A DNA stretch of 64,000 nt from Nanobdellota archaeon (lineage in GTDB: Archaea; Nanobdellota; Nanobdellia; Pacearchaeales; JAHJTO01). This document shows positions 55,393 through 64,000 of the stretch, in pieces. The stretch's first letter is position 1, and every line of letters begins with the position of its first letter. The stretch is taken from the NCBI GenBank assembly GCA_042572295.1, contig JBHPFA010000003.1:45802-109801 (forward strand), in the 5' to 3' direction. The notes beneath the pieces were generated by a model, which saw nothing but the letters and a program-made list of their open reading frames with translations, was not told the DNA's origin and did not search any database. A program made the position numbers and the translations under genes.

Positions 55393-55926
55393 TCAAATAA
55401 ATTTTTTCTTTCTAAGATAAGAAACAATCACCCACAATGAGATGATTATTGCAACAACCACTGCTAAAGTTGTCGCATTGCCTACTGGCGGTGCTGGTTG
55501 TACTGGGGGTTCAACAACTACCACATCAAAACTTCTGATAAGTTTTACTCCAAGAGTGATTCCTCCTTCACCTGCAATCGCTGAAGGCCTTACATTAATA
55601 AGAATAGGAAAAACATCTCCAACATTAGCTCTTCTAGAAACACTCACAGTAAAGGGTTCAAATATTTCACTTTTTGAAGAAACAATAAATTCTGTTTGTC
55701 TAAATCTTACTAAATCTTTTCCTTCGACCACATCTATTATAAATTTAGTATCTTCATCTCCTGCAAAGTTTTGTAAATTTAACATAACTTCTTCAGATCC
55801 TCCAGGAGATAACTCTAAAGGCTTTCCTTGTCTATAAGGGGTTGAGATTCCATAAGCACTAACTAATGAAACCATCAAAGTTACACTTATAAAAATCAAA
55901 AAAAGTAATCTTATTTGTTTTGTCAT
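55393..55926 (-). CDS. Small secreted Ig-like protein with C-terminal TM anchor (paralog of 27378..27926)
   Basis: Signal peptide, YGISTP...PLELSPG, C-terminal TM plus RKKK; coupled to the upstream stop. Confidence 0.85.
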   Translation of the reverse strand: MTKQIRLLFLIFISVTLMVSLVSAYGISTPYRQGKPLELSPGGSEEVMLNLQNFAGDEDTKFIIDVVEGKDLVRFRQTEFIVSSKSEIFEPFTVSVSRRANVGDVFPILINVRPSAIAGEGGITLGVKLIRSFDVVVVEPPVQPAPPVGNATTLAVVVAIIISLWVIVSYLRKKKFI

Positions 55927-55927
55927 T

Positions 55928-56878
55928 TTAAGCTAATTCTAACTCCCAAGCTCTTGTAGAATTATAGGACCCTTTAGGTAGGCCTACAGGAACATCTAAA
56001 CAATAATATATCATTGTCTGACCTTCTCCACCACCCTCGCTGAGATTACCCCTAATCAAGCTTAAAGTGCCTCCATCAGCTGGAACTTGTGTAGCATCAT
56101 TTTCTACTAAAACTGTTCCATTACAGGAATCATACGGATCTCCAGCCCAAGTTCCATTGACCGAGAAATTTCCTACCCCAATAAAATCAGTATAACCTTC
56201 CCTACTTAGATTAGAAGCATTAATTGTGATAAGTGTAAAATTAGCGTTTCCAGTATTATTCAAAAGTGTTGGACTTTGCGCAAGTGAATCATTACTTCCA
56301 GCTATCAACCCTCCAAATGAAATCGATGATGGTGAAAGTCTAATTGCAGGTAATTCATCAGGTGTAAAGGTTTGAGTTGCGTTTACAGCAACAGCATCAG
56401 TAGAATCTACTGCATAAACAGTAACTGTCCAAGGTTCTGGAGCATCAAAGTAATAAATCCCTATTGAACAACTGAAATTTACCCATTTGTTCCCATTAGT
56501 TGAAACATCTGCAGAAGTGTTCAAACAAGAATCATTTACCCTAAAATCATCATCATAATAAAAAGTCACATTCGCATGACTTATATCTATATCTCCCCCA
56601 CCATCTAAATCATATACTGTAAAATTGACTATAACTTGTCTTAGAGGGCCGCCTTCTTCAATTGGAGGCATAGTTCCTGGAACAGAAACATAAATTATTT
56701 GTGGAAGATTATTTGAGGTAATTTCTAAACTTACATTAAATGGAAGTGGTGTGGAATAAGTATCAGCAATTCTTACTACTTCTCCTGTAATAAAACTAAA
56801 AAATCCAGTGTTTGCAAGAACAAAAATCAGAACAATTCCTAAAGCAATAGCAAAGTCTCTTTTTCCGCCCCTTTTCAT
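55928..56878 (-). CDS. Secreted two-domain beta-sandwich protein (paralog of 27943..28860)
   Basis: Signal peptide, VNFTVYDLDG, NNTGN, RGNLSEGGGEGQ..IYYCL and GSY...AWELEL; TATA 29 nt upstream. Confidence 0.85.
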   Translation of the reverse strand: MKRGGKRDFAIALGIVLIFVLANTGFFSFITGEVVRIADTYSTPLPFNVSLEITSNNLPQIIYVSVPGTMPPIEEGGPLRQVIVNFTVYDLDGGGDIDISHANVTFYYDDDFRVNDSCLNTSADVSTNGNKWVNFSCSIGIYYFDAPEPWTVTVYAVDSTDAVAVNATQTFTPDELPAIRLSPSSISFGGLIAGSNDSLAQSPTLLNNTGNANFTLITINASNLSREGYTDFIGVGNFSVNGTWAGDPYDSCNGTVLVENDATQVPADGGTLSLIRGNLSEGGGEGQTMIYYCLDVPVGLPKGSYNSTRAWELELA

Positions 56879-56916
56879 TGTATAGAGAGCAAACTTTTAT
56901 TTATAAATCTTTACAG

Positions 56917-59900
56917 CTACCTCTTCTTCAATTTCTTCTTAAGCCTAACCTTCAAAGTACCTATATTTCTCTGATCCTTGCCTATCAAATTTGCAATCTC
57001 TAAATTACCCATGCCACCATCAATCAGATATTTAACTAGGCTTTCCAATATGCTCAATTTTCTATTTGAGAAGATATTTAGAGGTACAAAAACATCTTTC
57101 TTTTTTATTACAATCTTCTCTTTCTTAGAAACTGCATTCTTATAAGTACTCCAAATAGTCCTATCATCCCTATTCATAAGCTCCGCAATTTCACTCGACT
57201 TTAAGCCCTCATTCTCTTTAAGGTGCTTAACAAGACTTTCTGCAGGACCCATTACCTTCACATTAAACAATGAAATAGGGACATTTATCTCTCCAACATC
57301 TTCTTGCTGCATTAAAGACATTAATTCATGAGAATCTGCCCCATATCTAGACTTCAAAAGCTCTAATTCCTTAAGCATTTGCTCTTTTCTCTTGCTTAAT
57401 CTTCTTTTCCTTCTAGACAAAGCAAACATTGCTAAAACTTCATATAAGCTTAATCTCCAAGCATTTCCATTAGTTGTTGAATAAGTCTGTCTTACAAGAG
57501 GTGATGGAACTTCAGGAATACAAAAATGCAATAATTCTTGCCCCTCTCCATCACTTAAATTACCACTAAATAAGATTGCACCAGTAATATTAACCCCTGT
57601 ATCATTAGCCAAGAAATCTCCAACACAAGACAAATTAGCACTGTTATTGCTTGCAGTAAAGTTCTCTGAGTATATCATATAATTGCTATCACTCTCTCCA
57701 ACCAAATCATAAGCCTTTATGCTTACATTAACAATATTCACATTCCCAGTATTATTCAGAGTAAGATTTTGTGCAGCAGTAGCATTTGTACTTCCAGCAG
57801 ACAAACCGCTCCAACTCAAAAGACTTGGACTAAACACTAAAGCCTTCAAAGGTTGATATGTGAATGTATGTGAATCATTTATTGCAGCCTCATTTAAATC
57901 ATCTTCAACATAAGCAGTTATATTCCAATCACCGGCGTCATCAAAATACCACATTCCAACTGCACATGAAAAGTTCATGTAATCTCCAGCAGATGAAACA
58001 TTCAAACAAGAAGTGTTCTCTCTCAAATCTTCTCCATCTATTGAGAAGTTAATTTGAGCAGTACTTACATTAATATCTTCAGCCCCATCGGCATCCAAAA
58101 CAGTGAAGTTGACTGAAACATTCACAACTCCTGCTTCTTCAGGAACAATGCTCGAATCAACAAATATTTGAGTTATTTGTGGCGCTGCATTTGCTTCTTG
58201 TGCCTCTTGAACACGATAAGTTGTAAAATGACTTACATTAAACACAAAAGTACTTCCATCCCAACTTAGATTAACACATGCAGGACTTGTAGTACTATTA
58301 CATATTGAAAATGTTCCAGTATCTCCAACATCAACATAAGCTCGAGGTTCTGTAAAAGCTAATGAATTAAGAGTAATAGTTCCACTAGAATTCAACCAAC
58401 TATACAAAGTAGTATTTACAAAAGCAGAATTACTATCCGCATTTAAAACAGATGACCCAAATGCAATATTGCTATAATTAAATCCATCCAAGCTTATACT
58501 CCCATAACTTCCTGTTTGGGAATTAAAAGTAGTATTATAAAATCCATTTGCTATTCCACTTGGAGATCCACTAATATAATTTGATAAGGCATATCCATCC
58601 TTAAGTCCAAAAGTAGTATCATAAAAGGTATTATTTTCAGTACTACCCCTAAAACGAATCCCATAAGCAGTAGAAGCCCCTGTATTCCTACGAATATAAC
58701 AAGAAGTATCTCTAAAGATATTGTGAGAGGCTCCATCTAAATAGATACAAGGGGCCCATACAGGAGTTTGAACATTTATATCATTATTAATAAATTGATT
58801 ATAGTCTGATCCAGATTGTAACTTAAAAACTTCATAAGCATTATTAGATGAAACAAAAGTACTATTTGCTATAATACCATAATCTGCATTAGATAGTGTA
58901 AGTAGATACGCAATACTTTGTTTAAATATAGTGCCAATAATTGAATAATTTGTTGAACTAGAGGCAACTATTCCCGAACTAAAATCATAAATTCCACAAT
59001 CTCTTACAATATCATCATTATATGCCCCAATAGAAATTGCAGTCCCACTACTAAGAGAAGGCCCATCAAGAGTATATCCTTGACAATCCAAGGTAACATT
59101 ATTCGCAGTTATAGGTAAACAAGTCCCAGTATATGAAGTAATAATATTTTGGGGAAGAGTGTAAATAGTATCTGATTGATCAAGAGCCATACAATCAGTA
59201 ACGTTAACATAAAATTGACCTTCCTGCACACGATAACTTGTAAAGTGACTTACATTAAACCTAAAAGTGCTTCCATCCCAACTCAAATTATTACATTCGG
59301 GAGTTGTTGTTGCATTACATGCTGAATAACTTCCAGTATCTCCAACATCAACATAAACAAGAGGTTCTGTAAAGCTTAAGTCTTCAAGAGTTATTTCAGC
59401 TGAAACGTTCAAGAAAGAAATATTTGCAGCATCAATATTTGTGCTATTCAGGAAAGCATAGTTATAAGAAATATTCAATCCACTTCTATTGACCCTCTTT
59501 CCATCTGGGGCCTCTATATTTCCTAAAAAGTTAACGCTCCCATTATCTCCAACAAAGGTATTGTTAAAGATATAATTATAACTGCTTGTATCAAAATATA
59601 GATAATTGCCCCCAGTCCTAAGAGTATTATTTTGTAATAGATTAAAATTAGACCCCATAAAATATACTGGCAAGTCTAAGCTTCCAGGGGAATCAAAAAA
59701 GAAATCATTATCAGCAATAGATGTAAATTGTGCGCTAGCTAAAAATATAAGTCCTTCATCAGAACTTGATTGTGGAACTCTCCTCAAAACATTGTCAAAA
59801 ATACTATTTTGCTGCCCAGCAGTCAACATAAGTGCTTTTGAGCCCCCTCCATAAACAGTAATATTATTTTCGGAGACAGAATTATTCATATTTTGATCTG

Positions 59901-62900
59901 CAAAATATATTGCATCAGAGGTAGATGAATAAGTCCTTATAGTGTTATTAGTGATATTCATATTAGTTATCCCCGAAGATAAATAAATTCCAAAGCAAGA
60001 TCCGCTACATGTTGAATTTGCCTCAATAATATCACAATTAGTAATGTGAGAGAAATTTGCAGTTACATTTACACCAACACCATCTACAGCTTGAGAATAA
60101 TTTATTGTATATCCTTGACAATCAAGAGAAACATTAGATGCAGTTATAATTAAACAACTTCCACTGGAATTAATACTTTGATTCAAGGTATAATTTGTAT
60201 TTTCAACACCTAAAGTTCTTGGACAAAATGAAACATTAGTATCTTCTGTAGGAGGGGTTTCATTACTTGAATAAGTTGTAAACTGAGTTACATTAAACAC
60301 ATAGGTTGATCCATTATAATCTACTTCACTACAAATCGAACTCGGACATACTTCATAACCCCCATCATCATTAAAATCAACCAAGACTTGAGGATTTGTC
60401 CAATTTAGACCTTCCAAAGTTATCTCAGCTGAAGTATTAAAGAAAGAGAGATAAGTACTATTTACATAAACAGAACTATTTGTAATATTAACATTAGTCC
60501 TATTTACAACTATTCCTTCCTTAAAGTTTATCTCGCCAGGATACCTTAAACTAGCATAACTTCCCTTAAAGGTAGTATTTATCAAAGACTCATTATAAGA
60601 CCCAGCTATTTTTTCAAAGTATCCTTTGCTTGTAGTTAAGACAGTATTAGTTAGAGTATTATTCGCAGTATCTGAAACAAAAGATAATCCCCAGGCCCTA
60701 GATCCAACAACTTCAATTTCAGTATTAGTAACATTGTTATTTCTTGACTGGCTAAACTGAATACCTGTTGCATCAATATAATCTACATAGATATAATTAT
60801 TAATTAAAGTATTATTTCTAGAATACCCATCATAATAACCAAAATTAATACCAGTAGAAGCATTTGTGATAATTCTGTTACCAATAACAATATTATTAGA
60901 AGACCCAGCAATCGATATTCCTCCGCTTAGATTGTTATAATTTATAATGCTATTATGTGATTTAGAAGCACTAATACCAGCATCACTCGAAAATTTTCTG
61001 TCAATTATATTTCCAATAAATTGATTACCTCTATTTGCAGCTGCCCCATCTCCTCCAAGACTCATAACTGTCCCCCCAGTAATATTTGAATAAGATAAAG
61101 AACTATTATGTACTCCAAAAATAAAGTACACTGCCTCTGTACTATGAGTAAAAGCATTCAAATTAGTTATATTATGATTTATTCCATAAGAAGCGTAAAA
61201 TGCAGAAGTACTAGATCCTCCTTGAATAGTAATATTTGTATCAACTAAAGTAGTATTCTTCGAATAAACAGTATAAACTGCATGAGAGCTAAATTGACTT
61301 GATCCTAGAAAGATATTACAATTCCTTATTGTCGTAACATTATATCCAGAAATATTTATCCCATAACCAGTAGAAGACTGTGAATAATTAATCAGATAAC
61401 CTGCACAATCTAAAGTAACATTATTCGCCATGACATTGAAACAAGTTCCATCAGAACTTACATTCTGGGTCATTGTATAAGTAGTATTTGCAATATCTAA
61501 ATTTCCACAAATTTGTGGAGCTGTTTCTTCAACAAACTCATCGCTTAAAGCAAGGTAATCAGTATTATTTGCAGTCAAGTTATATGCCACATCACAGAAA
61601 CCATCATTATCGGCATCCGCACAAGTATCTGAATATCCACTTGCAGAGGAATTTGTCCAATAATTTCCCCCAATCTGTGTTCCCTCTCCAAAAATTCTTG
61701 TTCCTGCTTGTTGTGTTGCATTCCAGAGGTTTGTGTAATTTTGTTGGAAATAAGGTAAGGACGTATGATTGATTAAGTTATTATAGATTAAATTCGGAAG
61801 AACCATTCCAGAATCCCTCAAATAAAGAGGATAAGTCCCTCCTCCTTCAAAAGTATTATTATAGATAAGATTGTCTTCAGAAGAATATAATCTGATACCT
61901 TCTCCATTATCTAAAAAAGTATTCTGTGTAATCACAGAGCTATTTGTTCTTAGACTATAGATCCCCTGAAAATTTCCTCTAAAATTATTCCCCGTTATAA
62001 GAGTATCATTAGAATATATCAAATACAACCCTTGTTGAGAAGAGTCACTCAGATCATTATTCTCAATTCTACTATAAGGGCTAAGAAAGAGCCTTATCCC
62101 CATCTTGTTTGCGATAGATGTTGAATTCGTTATATTGACATAACTCGACATGATTATCGTAAATCCATTATTATTGTACTTTTGAGAGCCATTTACTGTG
62201 ACATTATTCAAAGTAGAATAGCTCGCATTACACAAAAACAGCCCAGAAAGCACTTCATTCTCCATATTGACAGTATAATTGTACAATTTCACCTGCAGAC
62301 CATTTGATCCAGTGAAGTTAGAGACAACATTATTACAACTGCTTGAAGACACATAAAGGTCATTTTGACTATTCTCTTGAGCCATATTATCTACAACTCT
62401 ATTTCCAGTCCCATATAGGCTTATACCATCACTATTTTCGAAGCAAGTATTGTTGTAAATACTGTTATTGCTTGAAGCCGACACAAGAATCCCTTCATAT
62501 ACATTAAAGCTCGCATTATTCCACTCTATGACATTATCATGGCTAGATTCTAGATAAATCCCCTCAAGGTTATTAGATACTAAATTATTATGTGCAAGAT
62601 AATTGTTGGAGGAGTTATGAACATAAATTCCAGTCTCATAATTCTTGATAGTACAGTTTTTGATAGTGATGTTTGTATCTGTCTGTGTTGATCTTGATAT
62701 CTCAATCCCATTTGGACTGCCCCCAGTATCAGTACGATTGATAAGGTTTCCTTGACAGTCTATCGTGACGTTATTGGCCAAGACATCCAGGCAAGTCTCA
62801 GATGAATTGATGCTTTGGTTCAAGGTGTAATAGATATTTGAGAATGTTATCTGGCCGCAGGAAGAGATGTTAGTCTCTACACCCTCAAACTCATCACTCA

Positions 62901-64000
62901 ATGCAAGATAGTCAGTATTGTTATTCTCTGCAGTCAAATTATAAATATCATCACAGAACCCATCAGTATCAATATCATCACAAGTATCAGAGAATCCTGT
63001 TCCAGAAGAATTTGTCCAGTAGTTCCCACCTATTTCTAATCCTCCACTATAGACTCTTGCTCCTGCTTGCTGTGTAGTATTATAGAAATTTATTCCACTC
63101 TGATAAGAATAAACAGGAAGATAATTAGCACGAGAATAATTAATAAAATTATTATAGATTAAGTTTAGAGGAGAACGAGAAAATCTAAACACATACCCTG
63201 CCGAAACATCTGACTTTTCAAAGGTATTATTAAAAACAGTGTTATTGCCAGAATATGAAAACTCAATAGAATCAGCATCATTCAAAAAAGTATTATCTGA
63301 GATTACTGAATTGTTTGATCTGAGGATATAGAGTCCTGCATCAGAGTTTCCTTCAAAATTATTTCTTATCACCAAATGATTATCAAGGGAAGATAGATAG
63401 TTTGTTATATACAATCCATTATTAGAATAACCAAGATTATTATTCTCAATTCTGAAATAAGAATTGACTCCTTCAAGATATATTGCCTCCCTATTCCCTA
63501 TAGATGTCGAATTAGTTATATTTACATAGCTAGATCTGGCAACCACTAATCCATTATTTTTTATGCTTTGAGAACCATTTATTGTAATATTATTCAGAGT
63601 AGATAAACTTGCATTACACAAAAACAGCTCAGACAGCACTTCATTCTCCAAATTAACAGTCTCATTATAAAATTTTATAGGGAGGTTATTGGATCCAGTA
63701 AGATTATAGACAAGAGTGTTACAATAAGAAGCGTTATAAGCCCCATCCACAAAAAAGTCGTAATCTTCATTTTCCTGAAAGATATTGTCTACAACCCTAT
63801 TTTCTGTTCCATCAATATAAATACCATAGCCACTGTTTCCGAAAGCAGTATTATTGTAAACACTGTTGTTGTCAGATTCATCTAGATCTATTCCTTTCCC
63901 GCCATTAAAACTCAAATTATTCCTTTCAATTACATTGTGAGAACCAAGATAAACATAAATCCCTACATCATTAGAAGTAAAATTATTGTCCAAAAAATAA
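56917..64000 (-). CDS. Giant surface protein, 5'-truncated (>2360 aa): multiple parallel beta-helix (CASH/NosD-like) modules, membrane-proximal module and C-terminal tandem HTH
   Basis: Frame is open to the right edge (..YFLDNNF; the ORF-track TTG is not the real start). Beta-helix repeats; AWRLSLYEVLAMFAL-SRRKRR; HTH motifs LKSSEIAELMNRDDRTIWSTY and MGNLEIANLIGKDQRNIGTL. Confidence 0.9.
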   Translation of the reverse strand, partial: YFLDNNFTSNDVGIYVYLGSHNVIERNNLSFNGGKGIDLDESDNNSVYNNTAFGNSGYGIYIDGTENRVVDNIFQENEDYDFFVDGAYNASYCNTLVYNLTGSNNLPIKFYNETVNLENEVLSELFLCNASLSTLNNITINGSQSIKNNGLVVARSSYVNITNSTSIGNREAIYLEGVNSYFRIENNNLGYSNNGLYITNYLSSLDNHLVIRNNFEGNSDAGLYILRSNNSVISDNTFLNDADSIEFSYSGNNTVFNNTFEKSDVSAGYVFRFSRSPLNLIYNNFINYSRANYLPVYSYQSGINFYNTTQQAGARVYSGGLEIGGNYWTNSSGTGFSDTCDDIDTDGFCDDIYNLTAENNNTDYLALSDEFEGVETNISSCGQITFSNIYYTLNQSINSSETCLDVLANNVTIDCQGNLINRTDTGGSPNGIEISRSTQTDTNITIKNCTIKNYETGIYVHNSSNNYLAHNNLVSNNLEGIYLESSHDNVIEWNNASFNVYEGILVSASSNNSIYNNTCFENSDGISLYGTGNRVVDNMAQENSQNDLYVSSSSCNNVVSNFTGSNGLQVKLYNYTVNMENEVLSGLFLCNASYSTLNNVTVNGSQKYNNNGFTIIMSSYVNITNSTSIANKMGIRLFLSPYSRIENNDLSDSSQQGLYLIYSNDTLITGNNFRGNFQGIYSLRTNSSVITQNTFLDNGEGIRLYSSEDNLIYNNTFEGGGTYPLYLRDSGMVLPNLIYNNLINHTSLPYFQQNYTNLWNATQQAGTRIFGEGTQIGGNYWTNSSASGYSDTCADADNDGFCDVAYNLTANNTDYLALSDEFVEETAPQICGNLDIANTTYTMTQNVSSDGTCFNVMANNVTLDCAGYLINYSQSSTGYGINISGYNVTTIRNCNIFLGSSQFSSHAVYTVYSKNTTLVDTNITIQGGSSTSAFYASYGINHNITNLNAFTHSTEAVYFIFGVHNSSLSYSNITGGTVMSLGGDGAAANRGNQFIGNIIDRKFSSDAGISASKSHNSIINYNNLSGGISIAGSSNNIVIGNRIITNASTGINFGYYDGYSRNNTLINNYIYVDYIDATGIQFSQSRNNNVTNTEIEVVGSRAWGLSFVSDTANNTLTNTVLTTSKGYFEKIAGSYNESLINTTFKGSYASLRYPGEINFKEGIVVNRTNVNITNSSVYVNSTYLSFFNTSAEITLEGLNWTNPQVLVDFNDDGGYEVCPSSICSEVDYNGSTYVFNVTQFTTYSSNETPPTEDTNVSFCPRTLGVENTNYTLNQSINSSGSCLIITASNVSLDCQGYTINYSQAVDGVGVNVTANFSHITNCDIIEANSTCSGSCFGIYLSSGITNMNITNNTIRTYSSTSDAIYFADQNMNNSVSENNITVYGGGSKALMLTAGQQNSIFDNVLRRVPQSSSDEGLIFLASAQFTSIADNDFFFDSPGSLDLPVYFMGSNFNLLQNNTLRTGGNYLYFDTSSYNYIFNNTFVGDNGSVNFLGNIEAPDGKRVNRSGLNISYNYAFLNSTNIDAANISFLNVSAEITLEDLSFTEPLVYVDVGDTGSYSACNATTTPECNNLSWDGSTFRFNVSHFTSYRVQEGQFYVNVTDCMALDQSDTIYTLPQNIITSYTGTCLPITANNVTLDCQGYTLDGPSLSSGTAISIGAYNDDIVRDCGIYDFSSGIVASSSTNYSIIGTIFKQSIAYLLTLSNADYGIIANSTFVSSNNAYEVFKLQSGSDYNQFINNDINVQTPVWAPCIYLDGASHNIFRDTSCYIRRNTGASTAYGIRFRGSTENNTFYDTTFGLKDGYALSNYISGSPSGIANGFYNTTFNSQTGSYGSISLDGFNYSNIAFGSSVLNADSNSAFVNTTLYSWLNSSGTITLNSLAFTEPRAYVDVGDTGTFSICNSTTSPACVNLSWDGSTFVFNVSHFTTYRVQEAQEANAAPQITQIFVDSSIVPEEAGVVNVSVNFTVLDADGAEDINVSTAQINFSIDGEDLRENTSCLNVSSAGDYMNFSCAVGMWYFDDAGDWNITAYVEDDLNEAAINDSHTFTYQPLKALVFSPSLLSWSGLSAGSTNATAAQNLTLNNTGNVNIVNVSIKAYDLVGESDSNYMIYSENFTASNNSANLSCVGDFLANDTGVNITGAILFSGNLSDGEGQELLHFCIPEVPSPLVRQTYSTTNGNAWRLSLYEVLAMFALSRRKRRLSKRKEQMLKELELLKSRYGADSHELMSLMQQEDVGEINVPISLFNVKVMGPAESLVKHLKENEGLKSSEIAELMNRDDRTIWSTYKNAVSKKEKIVIKKKDVFVPLNIFSNRKLSILESLVKYLIDGGMGNLEIANLIGKDQRNIGTLKVRLKKKLKKR

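Noticed and set aside
24401-61772. Remaining short opposite-strand or alternate-frame ORFs within the large genes (e.g. 25441-25878, 29576-30043, 42466-42858, 46-51 kb set)
   Set aside because: Fully nested in long, motif-rich CDSs; composition reflects codon bias of the real frame.
63991-63993. TTG start assigned by the ORF track to the last gene
   Set aside because: The frame stays open to the window edge mid beta-helix repeat and has no signal peptide; the gene starts outside the window.

Overview
AT-rich archaeal window, most consistent with a DPANN genome (Pacearchaeota/Woesearchaeota-like; inferred from archaeal-type ProRS, rpl15e, TFE and NreA, and TATA boxes about 29 nt upstream of near-leaderless starts). 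A housekeeping block (13.1-22.8 kb) holds an amino-acid permease, tRNA-Arg(TCG), nucleoside hydrolase, DUF192, proS, a DHH phosphoesterase, rpl15e, nreA, a rhomboid protease and tfe. The rest is a minus-strand island of cell-surface genes; six very large genes cover about 47.5 kb, roughly three quarters of the window. Best candidate for an undescribed system: three giant adhesin-like proteins (1029, 4525 and >2360 aa; LamG and beta-helix ectodomains) end in the same two-domain module, a short hydrophobic segment, a basic stop-transfer patch and a tandem helix-turn-helix (HTH) domain. The two such genes whose promoters are in the window carry 3-4 copies of a 13-bp motif (TAWTATGTATGAT) and an identical 28-bp core promoter. 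Two of the three head a duplicated four-gene cassette. This suggests membrane-tethered, possibly autoregulatory receptor-transcription factors, with a rhomboid nearby as a candidate releasing protease (speculative). The other two giant-gene operons each start with their own small regulator and an operator over the predicted start site (wHTH; tandem RHH pair). The ORF track missed a >4266-aa gene running off the left edge and the two RHH genes, and started the nucleoside hydrolase inside the tRNA. All family assignments come from motif recognition; no database search was run.
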